A stretch of DNA of 32,000 nucleotides from a cyanobacterium endosymbiont of Braarudosphaera bigelowii (GTDB taxonomy: Bacteria > Cyanobacteriota > Cyanobacteriia > Cyanobacteriales > Microcystaceae). Below the pieces are notes generated by a model. It ran no database searches and had not been told where the DNA came from. It worked only from the letters and a program-made list of their open reading frames with translations. Position numbers and translations under genes: made by a program. Of this stretch, positions 1 to 10,293 are shown one piece after another (the stretch's first letter is position 1; each line of letters opens with the position of its first letter). Where the stretch lies: assembly GCF_020885515.1 (NCBI RefSeq), contig NZ_AP024987.1:1459612-1491611 (forward strand), given 5' to 3'.

Positions 1-945
1 GCTTATGCAGTCAAATTACCAATATTTCCTTTTCATACCTGGTTGCCTGATGCACATAGTCAAGCCTCTACCCCAGTATCTATGATATTAGCTGGTGTTC
101 TTTTAAAGATGGGCGGATACGGACTTATTCGTTTTAACATGGAAATGTTACCTAATGCTCACATTATATTTGCTCCTTTATTATTAATTCTGGGAGTTGT
201 AAATGTTGTCTATGGTGCATTTGCAGCATTTGGTCAAACTAACCTTAAGCGCCGTCTTGCCTGTTCTTCATTATCACATATGGGCTTTGTTCTTATTGGT
301 ATATCTTCATTTACTGAAGTAGGTATGAATGGAGCGGTGTTCCAGATGGTTTCACATGGTTTAATAGCTGCAGCCTTATTCTTTTTATGTGGTGCTACCT
401 ATGAACGTACTCATACTTTGATGATGGACGAGATGGGTGGACTTGCTTTAAAAATGCCTAAAACTTTTGCATTATTCACAACTTCAGCAATGGCTTCTCT
501 AGCTTTACCTGGTATGAGTGGATTTGTGGCAGAGCTTACTATTTTCTTAGGAGTCACTGAAAGCGACGCCTACACCGCAGCATTTAAAACTGTAGCCATA
601 TTTCTTACAGCAGTAGGTCTGATTTTAACTCCTATTTATTTATTATCCATGTTAAGAGTTGTTTTTTATGGACAAAGTAATGAAAAGCTGGAGTTAAGTA
701 AGTTTAATTTAGATGCTAAGCCGCGTGAAATATTTATATCAGCTTGCTTAATTCTACCTATTATTATTATGGGCTTATATCCTAAGCTAGCCACAGAAAC
801 TTTTGATGCAAAAACTGTAGAAGTGAATTCTAAAGTTCGCTCTGTTTTGCCAATAGTTGTACAAGAAGCAAGACTCCACTATCATCAGGACAATGTGAAC
901 AAAAAATTATTTCCTGCAGTATTAATTAATACTAAGATCAATTAA
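1..945 (+). CDS. ndhD: NAD(P)H-quinone oxidoreductase subunit 4 (NdhD), 5'-truncated by window edge
   Basis: The frame is open from base 1 ([46 protein letters not shown]...), typical of NdhD/NuoM transmembrane antiporter-like subunits. The listed start at 43 is an internal TTG. Confidence 0.95.
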   Translation, partial: AYAVKLPIFPFHTWLPDAHSQASTPVSMILAGVLLKMGGYGLIRFNMEMLPNAHIIFAPLLLILGVVNVVYGAFAAFGQTNLKRRLACSSLSHMGFVLIGISSFTEVGMNGAVFQMVSHGLIAAALFFLCGATYERTHTLMMDEMGGLALKMPKTFALFTTSAMASLALPGMSGFVAELTIFLGVTESDAYTAAFKTVAIFLTAVGLILTPIYLLSMLRVVFYGQSNEKLELSKFNLDAKPREIFISACLILPIIIMGLYPKLATETFDAKTVEVNSKVRSVLPIVVQEARLHYHQDNVNKKLFPAVLINTKIN

Positions 946-962
946 TTATGTAAAGATACATT

Positions 963-1021
963 TTTTACGATTTGAGGGGTGGGGCTATTATAATAATAGC
1001 CCCACCCCTCAAATCGTAAAA
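963..1021. terminator. 28-bp perfect inverted repeat with 3-nt loop downstream of ndhD
   Basis: TTTTACGATTTGAGGGGTGGGGCTATTA-taa-TAATAGCCCCACCCCTCAAATCGTAAAA. Terminator or processing hairpin is inferred from its position 18 nt after the ndhD stop; no strong T-tract follows. Confidence 0.6.
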
Positions 1022-1235
1022 GACTTTTGTAAATTAAAAGCTGAAAATGAAATATATATTGTAAGGTTTAAAATATATATTGAGCAATCAAACTTGTCTA
1101 ACAAAATTATAGTTTCAATACATGAAAACTAGATATATAATTTAATTTAAGGTTCTCTTGTAAAATCAAAGTTGTTTTTTTACTTGATAAGCTTCTTGCT
1201 ATAAATACAACTAATATATATATAATAAGATTCTA

Positions 1236-1712
1236 ATGACCAAAATAATCTTAATAAAACAGAATGATATAGTTAACTTGGATATTAGTGTCATCACTAA
1301 TATTATCGAACCAAAATTAAAAAAAGAAGAGGTTATATCACTTGAACAAACCTTCACCTTTGATATTGAGTATCCCCAACCATCTAGCGATCCTAGAGAA
1401 CTATCTGAAATTTCTGAAATCCGTTTATGGTTTATTCGTCTAGATGGAATATACCCATGGATACCTTTTATTTTAGATCCCAAAAAAGGAGAATTAGCAA
1501 GATATACAGCAATGCTAGTTCCTCATCAGTTCAATAGAGTAAATGGAATCCAGTATAATTCTGAGGCACTAGAAATCTTTGTGATGCATAAGTTATTTAT
1601 CATATCTGATTGGCTAAAAAAACAAAATATCTATTCTATATTTCGTTTAAAAAATATTGCTCAGTTACTAGGCTATGATGTTGAAGAGAATTTTTTTAAA
1701 AAATTGTCTTAA
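1236..1712 (+). CDS. Chlororespiratory reduction 6 (CRR6)-like NDH-1 assembly factor
   Basis: 158 aa with conserved block DPRELSEISEIRLWFIRLDGIYPWIPFILDPKKGELARYTAMLVPHQF, as remembered for the cyanobacterial/chloroplast CRR6 family. It lies next to ndhD. Confidence 0.75.
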   Translation: MTKIILIKQNDIVNLDISVITNIIEPKLKKEEVISLEQTFTFDIEYPQPSSDPRELSEISEIRLWFIRLDGIYPWIPFILDPKKGELARYTAMLVPHQFNRVNGIQYNSEALEIFVMHKLFIISDWLKKQNIYSIFRLKNIAQLLGYDVEENFFKKLS

Positions 1713-1726
1713 TAAAAAAAAGAACA

Positions 1727-2218
1727 CTACACAATATTTTTATCAGATATTTCTTGTAGATGTTCCTTAACTGTTTTTCTCGTTATTGGATGTTTCCAGG
1801 TAGACGCTATAGTACAAAGGGGTAGCAAAACGAATTTACGTTTTGTCATTTGAGGATGTGGTATTTGTAAAAAAGGTGTCTCGATAATCAAATGTTCGCA
1901 TAACAAAATATCTAAATCCAGAGTTCTTGCACCCCATTTTTCATCTCGAACCCTTCCAAATCTTTTTTCAATATTCAATAAAACTTCTAATAATTTTTTA
2001 GGATTAATTGGTGAATTTACAATGACACAACCATTGTAATAGATAGGTTGTTTTGGTCCTATTGGAAACGTTTTATAGAAAGGAGAATATGAAGTTAAAT
2101 CTATATTAGGATACCGAGACAAAAGTATTATTACTTTATCCAAGATAGCACATGAATCTCCTAGATTACTTCCTAAAGCAACTGCATATTCAACCATATT
2201 TATTACGTAAAACATCAT
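1727..2218 (-). CDS. folK: 2-amino-4-hydroxy-6-hydroxymethyldihydropteridine pyrophosphokinase
   Basis: ALGSNLGD near the N-terminus and FEKRFGRVRDEKWGARTLDLDILL, both HPPK signatures. The true start may be the internal Met before VEYAVALGSNLG. Confidence 0.93.
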   Translation of the reverse strand: MMFYVINMVEYAVALGSNLGDSCAILDKVIILLSRYPNIDLTSYSPFYKTFPIGPKQPIYYNGCVIVNSPINPKKLLEVLLNIEKRFGRVRDEKWGARTLDLDILLCEHLIIETPFLQIPHPQMTKRKFVLLPLCTIASTWKHPITRKTVKEHLQEISDKNIV

Positions 2219-2325
2219 ATAACTACTTTAAATTATTGATTATTAAAATATTTATTTAATCTTCTAATTTATATAGTTCAGTATCTTAAATATCCTTGAT
2301 AACTTTTAAAAGTTGATTGAAATTA

Positions 2326-4983
2326 TTAAAATTCAGCTTTATTCTTCGAACCTGTAATTTTGTCTGAAATATCTTCTAGTAAAGTATAGAGAACTGGTAC
2401 AACAATCAAGCTTAATGCAGAAGAAGTAAATAATCCTCCAAGGATCGCTACAGCCATTGGTTGTCTTAATTCAGCTCCAGCACCTAATCCAATCGCGATT
2501 GGCAACATTCCTAAGATACTTGAAGCAGTAGTCATTATTATTGGACGTAACCGAACTTCTCCTGTTCTTAAGATAGCATCATGACGACTCATGCCTTGTG
2601 CTCTAAGTTGATTAGTGTAGTCCATCAATAGAATGGCGTTTTTGTCTAAAAGTCCTAGCAAAAATATTAGCCCAATTAATGAAATCATTCCAAAATCATT
2701 TTGCGTAATTAATAGAGCAAACATTGCTCCAACTATTGATAAAGGTAGAGATAAAAATACTACAAAAGATTCTAAAAAGCGTCCGAAAGTTAAGTATAGG
2801 ATTATCATCATACATGCGATAGCAAAAAATAAGGTAATAGCAAATTCTTTAAAAATGCTAAGAACTTGAGCAGATGCTCCTTGGATCTCAAAATTAACAT
2901 TATCAGGTAAAAGTTTCGTGGTTATTTCTTTTACTTTCTTGGTAGTATCTCCTAAGCCTACGCCTTCAAATAAGTTAGCAGTTAAATATATAACTCTAGT
3001 TTTTTGAAAGTGTTCAATTAAAGAGTTATGGCTATTAATCGATGATAATTTAATATCTGCTAAACCTGATAAGCTATCTAAACGTCTTTTTAAATCTTGG
3101 GCCGTCTTCTCAAGACTTTCTAAGTTATCACTTAATAATGCTATTTTCAAAGGACTATCGTCACCAGTCTCAATAAAGAGAATATCCTCTACACTTATAC
3201 TTCCTCCTCTTAAAGTTGGAAATTTCCTTCTAAGTTCATTTTGAACCTGACTAGTGCTTAAAGATCTGTTTTCTTTGAGCCTGACGTATATCTTTCCTTT
3301 GAGCGGATTACCTTGATAGCCAGCAGTACTATAAACTGATAAGACGTTAGAATTTTCCAAAATGACGCTTTCTAATTTACTAGCAACACGATAATTTTTC
3401 CGCAATAGAAAACGTTCGGGAGACTGAGAAAAATCTTGAAATAAAGAAAAATTATTGTTATCTAAGTTTTTATCATGAGCTACTTGTAAACGCTTCGGAA
3501 TTTTAGGAGATGGCAAATTATAAATTACATTAAACTCTCCTCTATCTAGTTTTGGAATAAAACCTTGAGGAATGAATGGAATTAATGCAATTCCAATTAA
3601 AAAACTTACAAGAGCGGCGCTAATAACTATCTTTCTATTACATAAAGACCAATTTAGGAGTCGACGATATTCTTGGGCAAGAAAAAATGGTTTTTTATGA
3701 GTATCTAATGATTTTTTTGTTGGTTTTATCCAATATATTGCTAGAACGGGAGATAAAGTACGAGCTACTAACAGAGAAATTAAAACAGCTGCAGAAATAG
3801 TAATACCAAAGGGTTTGAAAAATTGTCCTAGGCTTCCCCCAATAAATGCAATGGGAAGAAAAACAGCAGCTAGAGTTAATGTCGAAGATATGACTGTTAA
3901 CCCAATTTCATCGGTGCCTTTAATTGCTGCTTCACGTGGAGTCATCCCATTATCAATATGACGAGTTATATTTTCTACATCTACAATTGCATCATCAACA
4001 ATAATACCTATAACAAGAGCTAATCCTAACAAGGTAATTGTTTCTAAATTGAATTTAGCTATAGCTATGACAATGAAAGTTCCCAATAATGATATAGGAA
4101 TAGCTAAAGCAGTAATTAAAGTTGCTGGAATATTACGTAAACAAAAAAATATAACTAGAACAGCTAGGATAATAGCTCCCATCAATGCTTCTAATGTTGC
4201 TTGACTAGCTTCTTCAATATAGTTAGCTTGATTCTCAGCAATAGTTAATCGAATATCAGGTAGTGTTGCACTTAAATTAGTTACTTCTTTTTGAACAGCT
4301 GCAGCAACATCCAAAATATTACTATCTGCAGTTTTAACTACTTGAACTGCTAGAATATCTTCTTGGTTAAGCCTAGTTAAAGTTAATAGTTCTGAGTCTA
4401 GTGCATCTCTTTCTTCATCTTGAAAGAAACCATCTCCTAGTAGTGAAACTCTTTTAACCCCTGACAAAGATTTAAGCGAAGGAATAATATTTTCTTTTGC
4501 AACCGATATTAAATTTTCAACCTCTATAGTCTTACTAGATATTGCATAAGTAACTGCTACAGATTCATTTAAATTAATAGCTTTAACTTCTTCTAAAACT
4601 GCATCAGAAGATAAACTTGCCTTTTCTAATGATTTTTTAATAGCTGAAGCTGACTCTTCTAAGCTTGATCCTGCAGGAAAACTAATATTAATTACGGTTT
4701 TACCAGGATAAGTGGAAGACATTAATTCTACTTCAGGAATTGAACTTAAAGCAGTTTCTAAAGGATTGGTAAGTTGTTGCTCGGTTTCTAAAGTGGTTTC
4801 TAGGGGTATATTTCCACTAACGATAATTACGGGAAAAGAAATTTCAGGAAATAAGGCGTATTTTAGAGAATTAAAGGCGAATATACCTGAAATAGCAATA
4901 GTAATTACTATAAACAAGGTGACTTTTGTATATTTAATTGCTATGCGGGAAATGTTTAGGTATTCTCGCCAAGATTTTTTCAT
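2326..4983 (-). CDS. RND-family efflux transporter (AcrB/HAE-like), shortened periplasmic loops
   Basis: 885 aa. RND motifs include GLALVIGIIVDDAIVDVENITRHI, TVISSTLTLAAVFLPIAFIGG, GLIFLLGLLDKNAILLMDYTNQLR and EVRLRPIIMTTASSILGMLPIA. Both large periplasmic loops are shorter than in AcrB. Confidence 0.92.
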   Translation of the reverse strand: MKKSWREYLNISRIAIKYTKVTLFIVITIAISGIFAFNSLKYALFPEISFPVIIVSGNIPLETTLETEQQLTNPLETALSSIPEVELMSSTYPGKTVINISFPAGSSLEESASAIKKSLEKASLSSDAVLEEVKAINLNESVAVTYAISSKTIEVENLISVAKENIIPSLKSLSGVKRVSLLGDGFFQDEERDALDSELLTLTRLNQEDILAVQVVKTADSNILDVAAAVQKEVTNLSATLPDIRLTIAENQANYIEEASQATLEALMGAIILAVLVIFFCLRNIPATLITALAIPISLLGTFIVIAIAKFNLETITLLGLALVIGIIVDDAIVDVENITRHIDNGMTPREAAIKGTDEIGLTVISSTLTLAAVFLPIAFIGGSLGQFFKPFGITISAAVLISLLVARTLSPVLAIYWIKPTKKSLDTHKKPFFLAQEYRRLLNWSLCNRKIVISAALVSFLIGIALIPFIPQGFIPKLDRGEFNVIYNLPSPKIPKRLQVAHDKNLDNNNFSLFQDFSQSPERFLLRKNYRVASKLESVILENSNVLSVYSTAGYQGNPLKGKIYVRLKENRSLSTSQVQNELRRKFPTLRGGSISVEDILFIETGDDSPLKIALLSDNLESLEKTAQDLKRRLDSLSGLADIKLSSINSHNSLIEHFQKTRVIYLTANLFEGVGLGDTTKKVKEITTKLLPDNVNFEIQGASAQVLSIFKEFAITLFFAIACMMIILYLTFGRFLESFVVFLSLPLSIVGAMFALLITQNDFGMISLIGLIFLLGLLDKNAILLMDYTNQLRAQGMSRHDAILRTGEVRLRPIIMTTASSILGMLPIAIGLGAGAELRQPMAVAILGGLFTSSALSLIVVPVLYTLLEDISDKITGSKNKAEF

Positions 4984-5149
4984 AAAAATTCGTACCTTTT
5001 TACACCATTTACATAATTAATACATAGTTAAATCATGAGCCTACTTTAAAAGCTAGGCTTTAATAAAGTTTTGGAGTTATTGTTTCTACTAGTAATATTT
5101 TTATAGTATCTTTCGAAAATATTTAGTATCTTCTCTATTATCTGAAATT

Positions 5150-5497
5150 TCAACTATCAAAAAGAATATTATCGAAAATAGCTTGAAAGCAAGTCTCTCC
5201 AAATTTAGTTAGAGTTTGTCTAGCTTTACCATCTTTAGCACGATATTTATTGTAAAGTGTAGAGAATGCTTGACTAGAATATTTTTTCTTTAGCGAACGG
5301 ATAGTACAGTTGCATCCTTCTTTCGCTTCATTTTCATTTAGTCCAGCTTTCTTTGCTTCAGGAACGCATGCTTGATTGTAAAATTGTGTGAATGGGTCAG
5401 CAGCGTTTACATTAGAAGAGACAAGTATTGTACTTAATCCTAAAGAGCAACACACCACATTTGTTAATAACTTCTGATTTATATTCATATTGTACAT
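5150..5497 (-). CDS. Small secreted cysteine-containing conserved-type hypothetical protein
   Basis: 115 aa with an N-terminal hydrophobic segment ending in a signal-peptidase-like NVNAADP. The mature part has spaced cysteines (QACVP, EGCNCTI, ETCFQ). Confidence 0.6.
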   Translation of the reverse strand: MYNMNINQKLLTNVVCCSLGLSTILVSSNVNAADPFTQFYNQACVPEAKKAGLNENEAKEGCNCTIRSLKKKYSSQAFSTLYNKYRAKDGKARQTLTKFGETCFQAIFDNILFDS

Positions 5498-5718
5498 AAG
5501 GGCATAACAAGATTATAGATTAATACCTTGCATCCTTGCCTTGCAGTCTATTATTTAATATTATGGTAGTAACACTAACATTATACTGGTTATTTCTACT
5601 GTACAACTTGTTTTGACAAAGAAAATGTAGTTTAAGGTTCTTAAGAAAAATTTGAGATTTATATATTATTAATTTCTGTTTTTATTTAATAATCTTTGCT
5701 ATAGTATAAATATTGTTC

Positions 5719-5789
5719 GGCGGCATGGCCAAGTGGTAAGGCAGAGGTCTGCAAAATCTTTATCCCCAGTTCGAATCTGGGTGCCGCCT
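5719..5789 (+). tRNA. tRNA-Cys (anticodon GCA)
   Basis: GGCGGCATGGCCAAGTGGTAAGGCAGAGGTCTGCAAAATCTTTATCCCCAGTTCGAATCTGGGTGCCGCCT. The 7-bp acceptor stem GGCGGCA/TGCCGCC is perfect, the T arm is CCCAGTTCGAATCTGGG, and the discriminator is U. Confidence 0.96.
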
Positions 5790-5975
5790 TATTTTATATA
5801 TTTATAAGTTTTTCGTTCAATTTACTACTCTGAACGAGAGACTTGTAAGTCAACCGAGCTACATACAATTGATAATTACTAGTTAATAAGTAACATTTAA
5901 TAAGCTTATTACTCGATTTCGTATGTTAAAGTATTAATCCATACCTCAGTTTTCGACTAAAATATCCTTTAACTA

Positions 5976-6806
5976 TTAAAGATTACTAGAATCTAGACTT
6001 TCAGCTACTTCTGGAGAAAGAGGTAAATGTAAACCACATTCTTGTTTTAATCCGTGAAAACGAGTGTCTCGTTCATTATTGTCATCTGCTTTCATTGGAC
6101 GACTTGAATGCCAATCTCCCACACTAACATATCCTTTTTCAAAGTAGGGGTGATATGGAAGTTCATTAACAGTTAAGTAATTATAAACATCACGAGAGTT
6201 CCAGTCTAAAATAGGATGTATTTTATATTGTTTCTCTCGTAAAACAATTGTTTCTAGAGATTTGCGGTGTTCTGTTTGTTGACGACGTAAACCAGCTAGC
6301 CAAGCCGTAGAATTAAGTTCTTTTAAAGCTCTTTGCATTGGTTCAACTTTACGCATAAAATCATAGCGGTTTAGAGCATTAACATTTTGGTGTTCCCATA
6401 ATTTACCATAAAGAGCTTCCATTCTTGCTGGAGTAAGAGAAGATTGATAGACTTTTAAATTTAGGTTAAGTCGTTCAGTTAGTTCTTGGGCAAATCGATA
6501 AGTTTCTGCAGGAAGGTAACCCGTATCAACCCAAATAACTGAAATATCCGGAACTACTCTAGTAGCTAAATGTAACATTACTGCAGCTTGAATACCGAAA
6601 CTTGTGCTGATAACTAGCCCATTACCAAAAGTTTCTGCTGCCCACTCTATAACTTGTTGAGCGCTGGCATCTTTTAGTTTATGTTTAACCTCTTCTAAAG
6701 ATAAATCAGGTCTACCAATTTCTTGAGCATCGGTATTGTAAAGATGTTCAGAAAGCTGCTGATTATTCAGATAAGTATTTACAGAACGGAAATCTGATTT
6801 GGACAT
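5976..6806 (-). CDS. cysH: Phosphoadenosine phosphosulfate reductase (thioredoxin-dependent)
   Basis: [48 protein letters not shown]; [13 protein letters not shown]; C-terminal KQECGLH motif. Confidence 0.92.
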   Translation of the reverse strand: MSKSDFRSVNTYLNNQQLSEHLYNTDAQEIGRPDLSLEEVKHKLKDASAQQVIEWAAETFGNGLVISTSFGIQAAVMLHLATRVVPDISVIWVDTGYLPAETYRFAQELTERLNLNLKVYQSSLTPARMEALYGKLWEHQNVNALNRYDFMRKVEPMQRALKELNSTAWLAGLRRQQTEHRKSLETIVLREKQYKIHPILDWNSRDVYNYLTVNELPYHPYFEKGYVSVGDWHSSRPMKADDNNERDTRFHGLKQECGLHLPLSPEVAESLDSSNL

Positions 6807-7477
6807 ATGATAATTCTTTTATACATTCAATAATTATGTTTTAAGAAAAGTAACTACAATATAATATAAAATTAGAAGGCAACAGTTAATCTTGTACAAT
6901 TATATCTTGATTGATTTAGAGTAGATATCTTAATTACAATAATAAAGCAGAATTTAATAATTTATACCGAAAAAAGTTACTAATATAAATTTATACAAAC
7001 ATTTGTTATTTGTGCAAATTTACAAAATTATCAAGTAGATTTTAAATAATTATTCTAAGAATAAAAATCTTCCATAGATATTAAAAATAAAGCATTCTAA
7101 AAATAACAGCTACTTTTTATATTTTTGCAGATTCTTAAAAAGCTATTCAAAGATTATTTCTTAATAACTACGAAATGTCTCATTTTTATTCTACTTGTCA
7201 TGTAATAAAATTGATTTCTATATTAAAGTTTTGTACTCCATAAAATTTTTTGCATAGCAAAGATTTTTCCTAATCTACATGTTGTTTGCTACTGACTTCC
7301 TACCAAAAATATAGATATTTTAACAGTCAGAATTATAAGACAGCTTTAGACTTTAATAACTCATAATCACCTGGGGAAAATATTATGAAGTACTTCTAGA
7401 AACAAAAAATTTAAATATAATTATTTAGAATATTAAAAAATTAAGTTTAGTAGTTAAATTGATTATTTTCTTTATTT

Positions 7478-8209
7478 TTATAACTCTTCTCCAGGTTCTA
7501 AAATACGTTGAAAAAGATATCCAGTACCTCTCGCTGTTAGTATTAGTTCAGGATTACTTGGATCATCTTCTAACTTTGCTCTTAAACGAGAAATATGAAC
7601 ATCTACTACTCTAGTATCTACGTGGCGTTCTGGAGTATATCCCCATACTTCTTGTAATATTTCTGAGCGAGAGAAAGGTTCACCAGAACGGCTTACTAAC
7701 AATTCCAATAAACTAAATTCCATTCCTGTTAAACGTATACGCTCATCACCTTTATAAACTTGACGTTTATTTGTATCAATTTTTATCGAGGCAATAGAAA
7801 TTACCCCAGAATTAGGAATTCCTGGAGTACTGCTTTTCTCTACTCGTCTTAATACAGAACGGATCCTCGCCTCTAACTCTTTTGGTGAAAAAGGTTTAAC
7901 TACATAATCGTCAGCTCCTAATTCTAGTCCTGTAATACGATCAGCAACATCTCCTAAGGCGGTCAACATTATAATTGGTATATCTGATTCTTTACGTAAT
8001 TCTTGACATACTCCATAACCATCTAATTTTGGCATCATTACGTCTAAAACGACCAAGTCAGGTACTGTATTATAAAAAATCTCTAAAGCTTCCTCTCCAT
8101 CAGCAGCTGTTACAACATCATAGCCAATCATAGAGAGACGAGTCTCTAAAATGCGACGTATACTTGCTTCGTCATCAACTACTAGGATTTTCTCTTTATA
8201 TGTTTCCAA
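7478..8209 (-). CDS. rpaB: OmpR-family response regulator RpaB (Ycf27)
   Basis: KEKILVVDDEASIRRILETRLSMIGYDVVTAADGEEAL...VLDVMMPKLDGYGVCQELRKESDIPIIMLTALGDVADRITGLELGADDYVVKPFSPKELEARIRSVLRRVE matches the highly conserved RpaB/Ycf27 receiver. A winged-helix output domain follows. Confidence 0.9.
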   Translation of the reverse strand: METYKEKILVVDDEASIRRILETRLSMIGYDVVTAADGEEALEIFYNTVPDLVVLDVMMPKLDGYGVCQELRKESDIPIIMLTALGDVADRITGLELGADDYVVKPFSPKELEARIRSVLRRVEKSSTPGIPNSGVISIASIKIDTNKRQVYKGDERIRLTGMEFSLLELLVSRSGEPFSRSEILQEVWGYTPERHVDTRVVDVHISRLRAKLEDDPSNPELILTARGTGYLFQRILEPGEEL

Positions 8210-8453
8210 TTTTACTCACACTCCCTAATTATTAAGTAAAGTTATCAGCTTCTATTAAGTTAAATAGCTAACTATCAGTTTCAATAAGATTCAGAATATT
8301 TTTTTGTTATCCTTGCGTTTAAGTTATTGATTTAGAATATAAGTATAATATAAGTCTAAAAGTAAATATTTTCCTAACACTTTTTATCGTTTTCTCTTTT
8401 TTTAAACTATATTCAATTCTTTAATTTTTTTTAATGATTCTACAAATTTAATT

Positions 8454-9917
8454 ATGGTTAAGAAACGAACCGTATATATATGCAGTATGTGTGGGACAGA
8501 ATCTGTTCAATGGTTTGGTAAATGTGAATCTTGTCAAAGTTACGGAACTCTAGAGGAACAAATTATCGTAATACCAAGCCCTTCTGAAAACATTTTAAGA
8601 AGAGAAAAGATATCCTATTCTAGCAAAGAGAATAACCTTCGAAATACGCCAAAACCAAATATTTCAAGTTGTTTTGACGAAATTACGGAAAATGAGAAAA
8701 TGCAATTTCACTCTGGATATAAGGAATTAGATAGAGTTTTAGGGGGTGGAGTTGTTCCAGGCTCTTTAGTTTTAATTGGTGGTGATCCTGGTATTGGAAA
8801 ATCAACTTTATTGCTACAAGTAGCTAATAAATTAGCTCAACAATTACCTCGTATTTTATACATTTCTGCAGAAGAGTCAGCACAACAAATTAAGCTACGT
8901 GCTTCTCGTTTGATGATGTTAAATACTGAGAAAATAAATAATAAAAATATAGAAAAAAAAGAGCTAGAGAGATGTAATAGTAAAAGTCTTTTTATACTAT
9001 CAGAAACAAATCTAGAAGAGATTCTTAGAGAACTAGAATCTCTTCAGCCGCAAGTAGCTATTATTGATAGTATTCAAACCTTATATCTTGCAACATTGAA
9101 CTCAGCTCCTGGTTCTATTTCCCAGGTTAAAGAGTGTACGTCAATCTTGATGCAATTAGCAAAGAGAGATAACATCACTTTATTTATTGTTGGACATGTA
9201 ACAAAAGAAGGAACCATTGCTGGTCCTAGAGTATTAGAGCATTTAGTGGATACAGTACTATACTTCGAAGGAGATAGATACGCTTCTCATCGTCTTTTAA
9301 GATCAGTCAAAAATCGTTTTGGTGCTACTCATGAAATTGGTATTTTTGAAATGATTGAAAGTGGGCTGGTAGAAGTGAAAAATCCCTCAGAATTATTTAT
9401 GGGAAATCAAAATGAGATGGTACCTGGAACATCTCTCGTTGTTACCTGTGAAGGTACTCGACCCTTAGTTGTCGAATTACAAGCCTTAATCAGTCCAACT
9501 AGTTATTCTTCTCCTCGCCGTTCCACAACAGGTATAGAATATAGCCGCCTACAGCAAATATTAGCCGTATTAGAAAAAAGAGTGGGAATTCCTTTGTCTA
9601 AATTAGATGTATATGTTTCATCTACAGGGGGTTTAGGTGTTGAAGAGCCTGCAGCAGATCTAGGAATAGCAATCGCTATTGTTGCTAGTGTTAAAGATCA
9701 AATAATTATTCCAAATACTATATTAATTGGTGAGATAGGATTAGGTGGGCAAGTTCGTTCGGTACCACAAATAAAACTACGCTTAAAAGAAGCTGTTAAA
9801 TTAGGCTTTACAAGAGCTATCATTCCAAATGGTAAAAATTATACTTTCAATATTAATTTAGAGATTATCTCTGTAGGAACAGTAATTGATGCTATTAATG
9901 CTGCTTTTTTGGGTTAA
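8454..9917 (+). CDS. radA: DNA repair protein RadA/Sms
   Basis: N-terminal C4 zinc finger (YICSMCGTESVQWFGKCESC), Walker A GGDPGIGKST, RadA-specific KNRFG, and the Lon-like C-terminal domain. Confidence 0.95.
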   Translation: MVKKRTVYICSMCGTESVQWFGKCESCQSYGTLEEQIIVIPSPSENILRREKISYSSKENNLRNTPKPNISSCFDEITENEKMQFHSGYKELDRVLGGGVVPGSLVLIGGDPGIGKSTLLLQVANKLAQQLPRILYISAEESAQQIKLRASRLMMLNTEKINNKNIEKKELERCNSKSLFILSETNLEEILRELESLQPQVAIIDSIQTLYLATLNSAPGSISQVKECTSILMQLAKRDNITLFIVGHVTKEGTIAGPRVLEHLVDTVLYFEGDRYASHRLLRSVKNRFGATHEIGIFEMIESGLVEVKNPSELFMGNQNEMVPGTSLVVTCEGTRPLVVELQALISPTSYSSPRRSTTGIEYSRLQQILAVLEKRVGIPLSKLDVYVSSTGGLGVEEPAADLGIAIAIVASVKDQIIIPNTILIGEIGLGGQVRSVPQIKLRLKEAVKLGFTRAIIPNGKNYTFNINLEIISVGTVIDAINAAFLG

Positions 9918-10293
9918 AAGATTATGAGCAAAGAGTACTGGAATTTTTAAGTACTTTAAATATGCCGTAAATATAGAAAATTATATTTTTGTAGCTTAGT
10001 TAAACATCATTAGTCAATATAGAGCAGTGAAGGAAAATATTTTAAAGTTCTAAAATATTTTTCTAATTTCAAAGAATAATAATTCTTGATAAAGTTTTTG
10101 AAATAATTGAAATCTCTATTTTTATTATTAACACAAAAAACAGTTTTATAATCGTTTCAAAGTTAGATTAAAATTGCAAGTAATTTTGTACAATTGAATT
10201 TTATAGATGAAATAACACTTCATGTTTAACGTATGACATAATCTTTAACTTTTGGGTAAGATATAAATAACTGAAATTTAAAACGTATATCTT

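Noticed and set aside
1211-1483. 90-aa ORF on the minus strand
   Set aside because: It overlaps the well-supported CRR6-like gene in antisense and has no recognisable domain.
2633-2869. 78-aa plus-strand ORF
   Set aside because: It lies fully antisense to the RND transporter; its composition is typical of an antisense shadow ORF.
4712-5020. 102-aa plus-strand ORF
   Set aside because: It is antisense to the N-terminus of the RND transporter, with no domain features.
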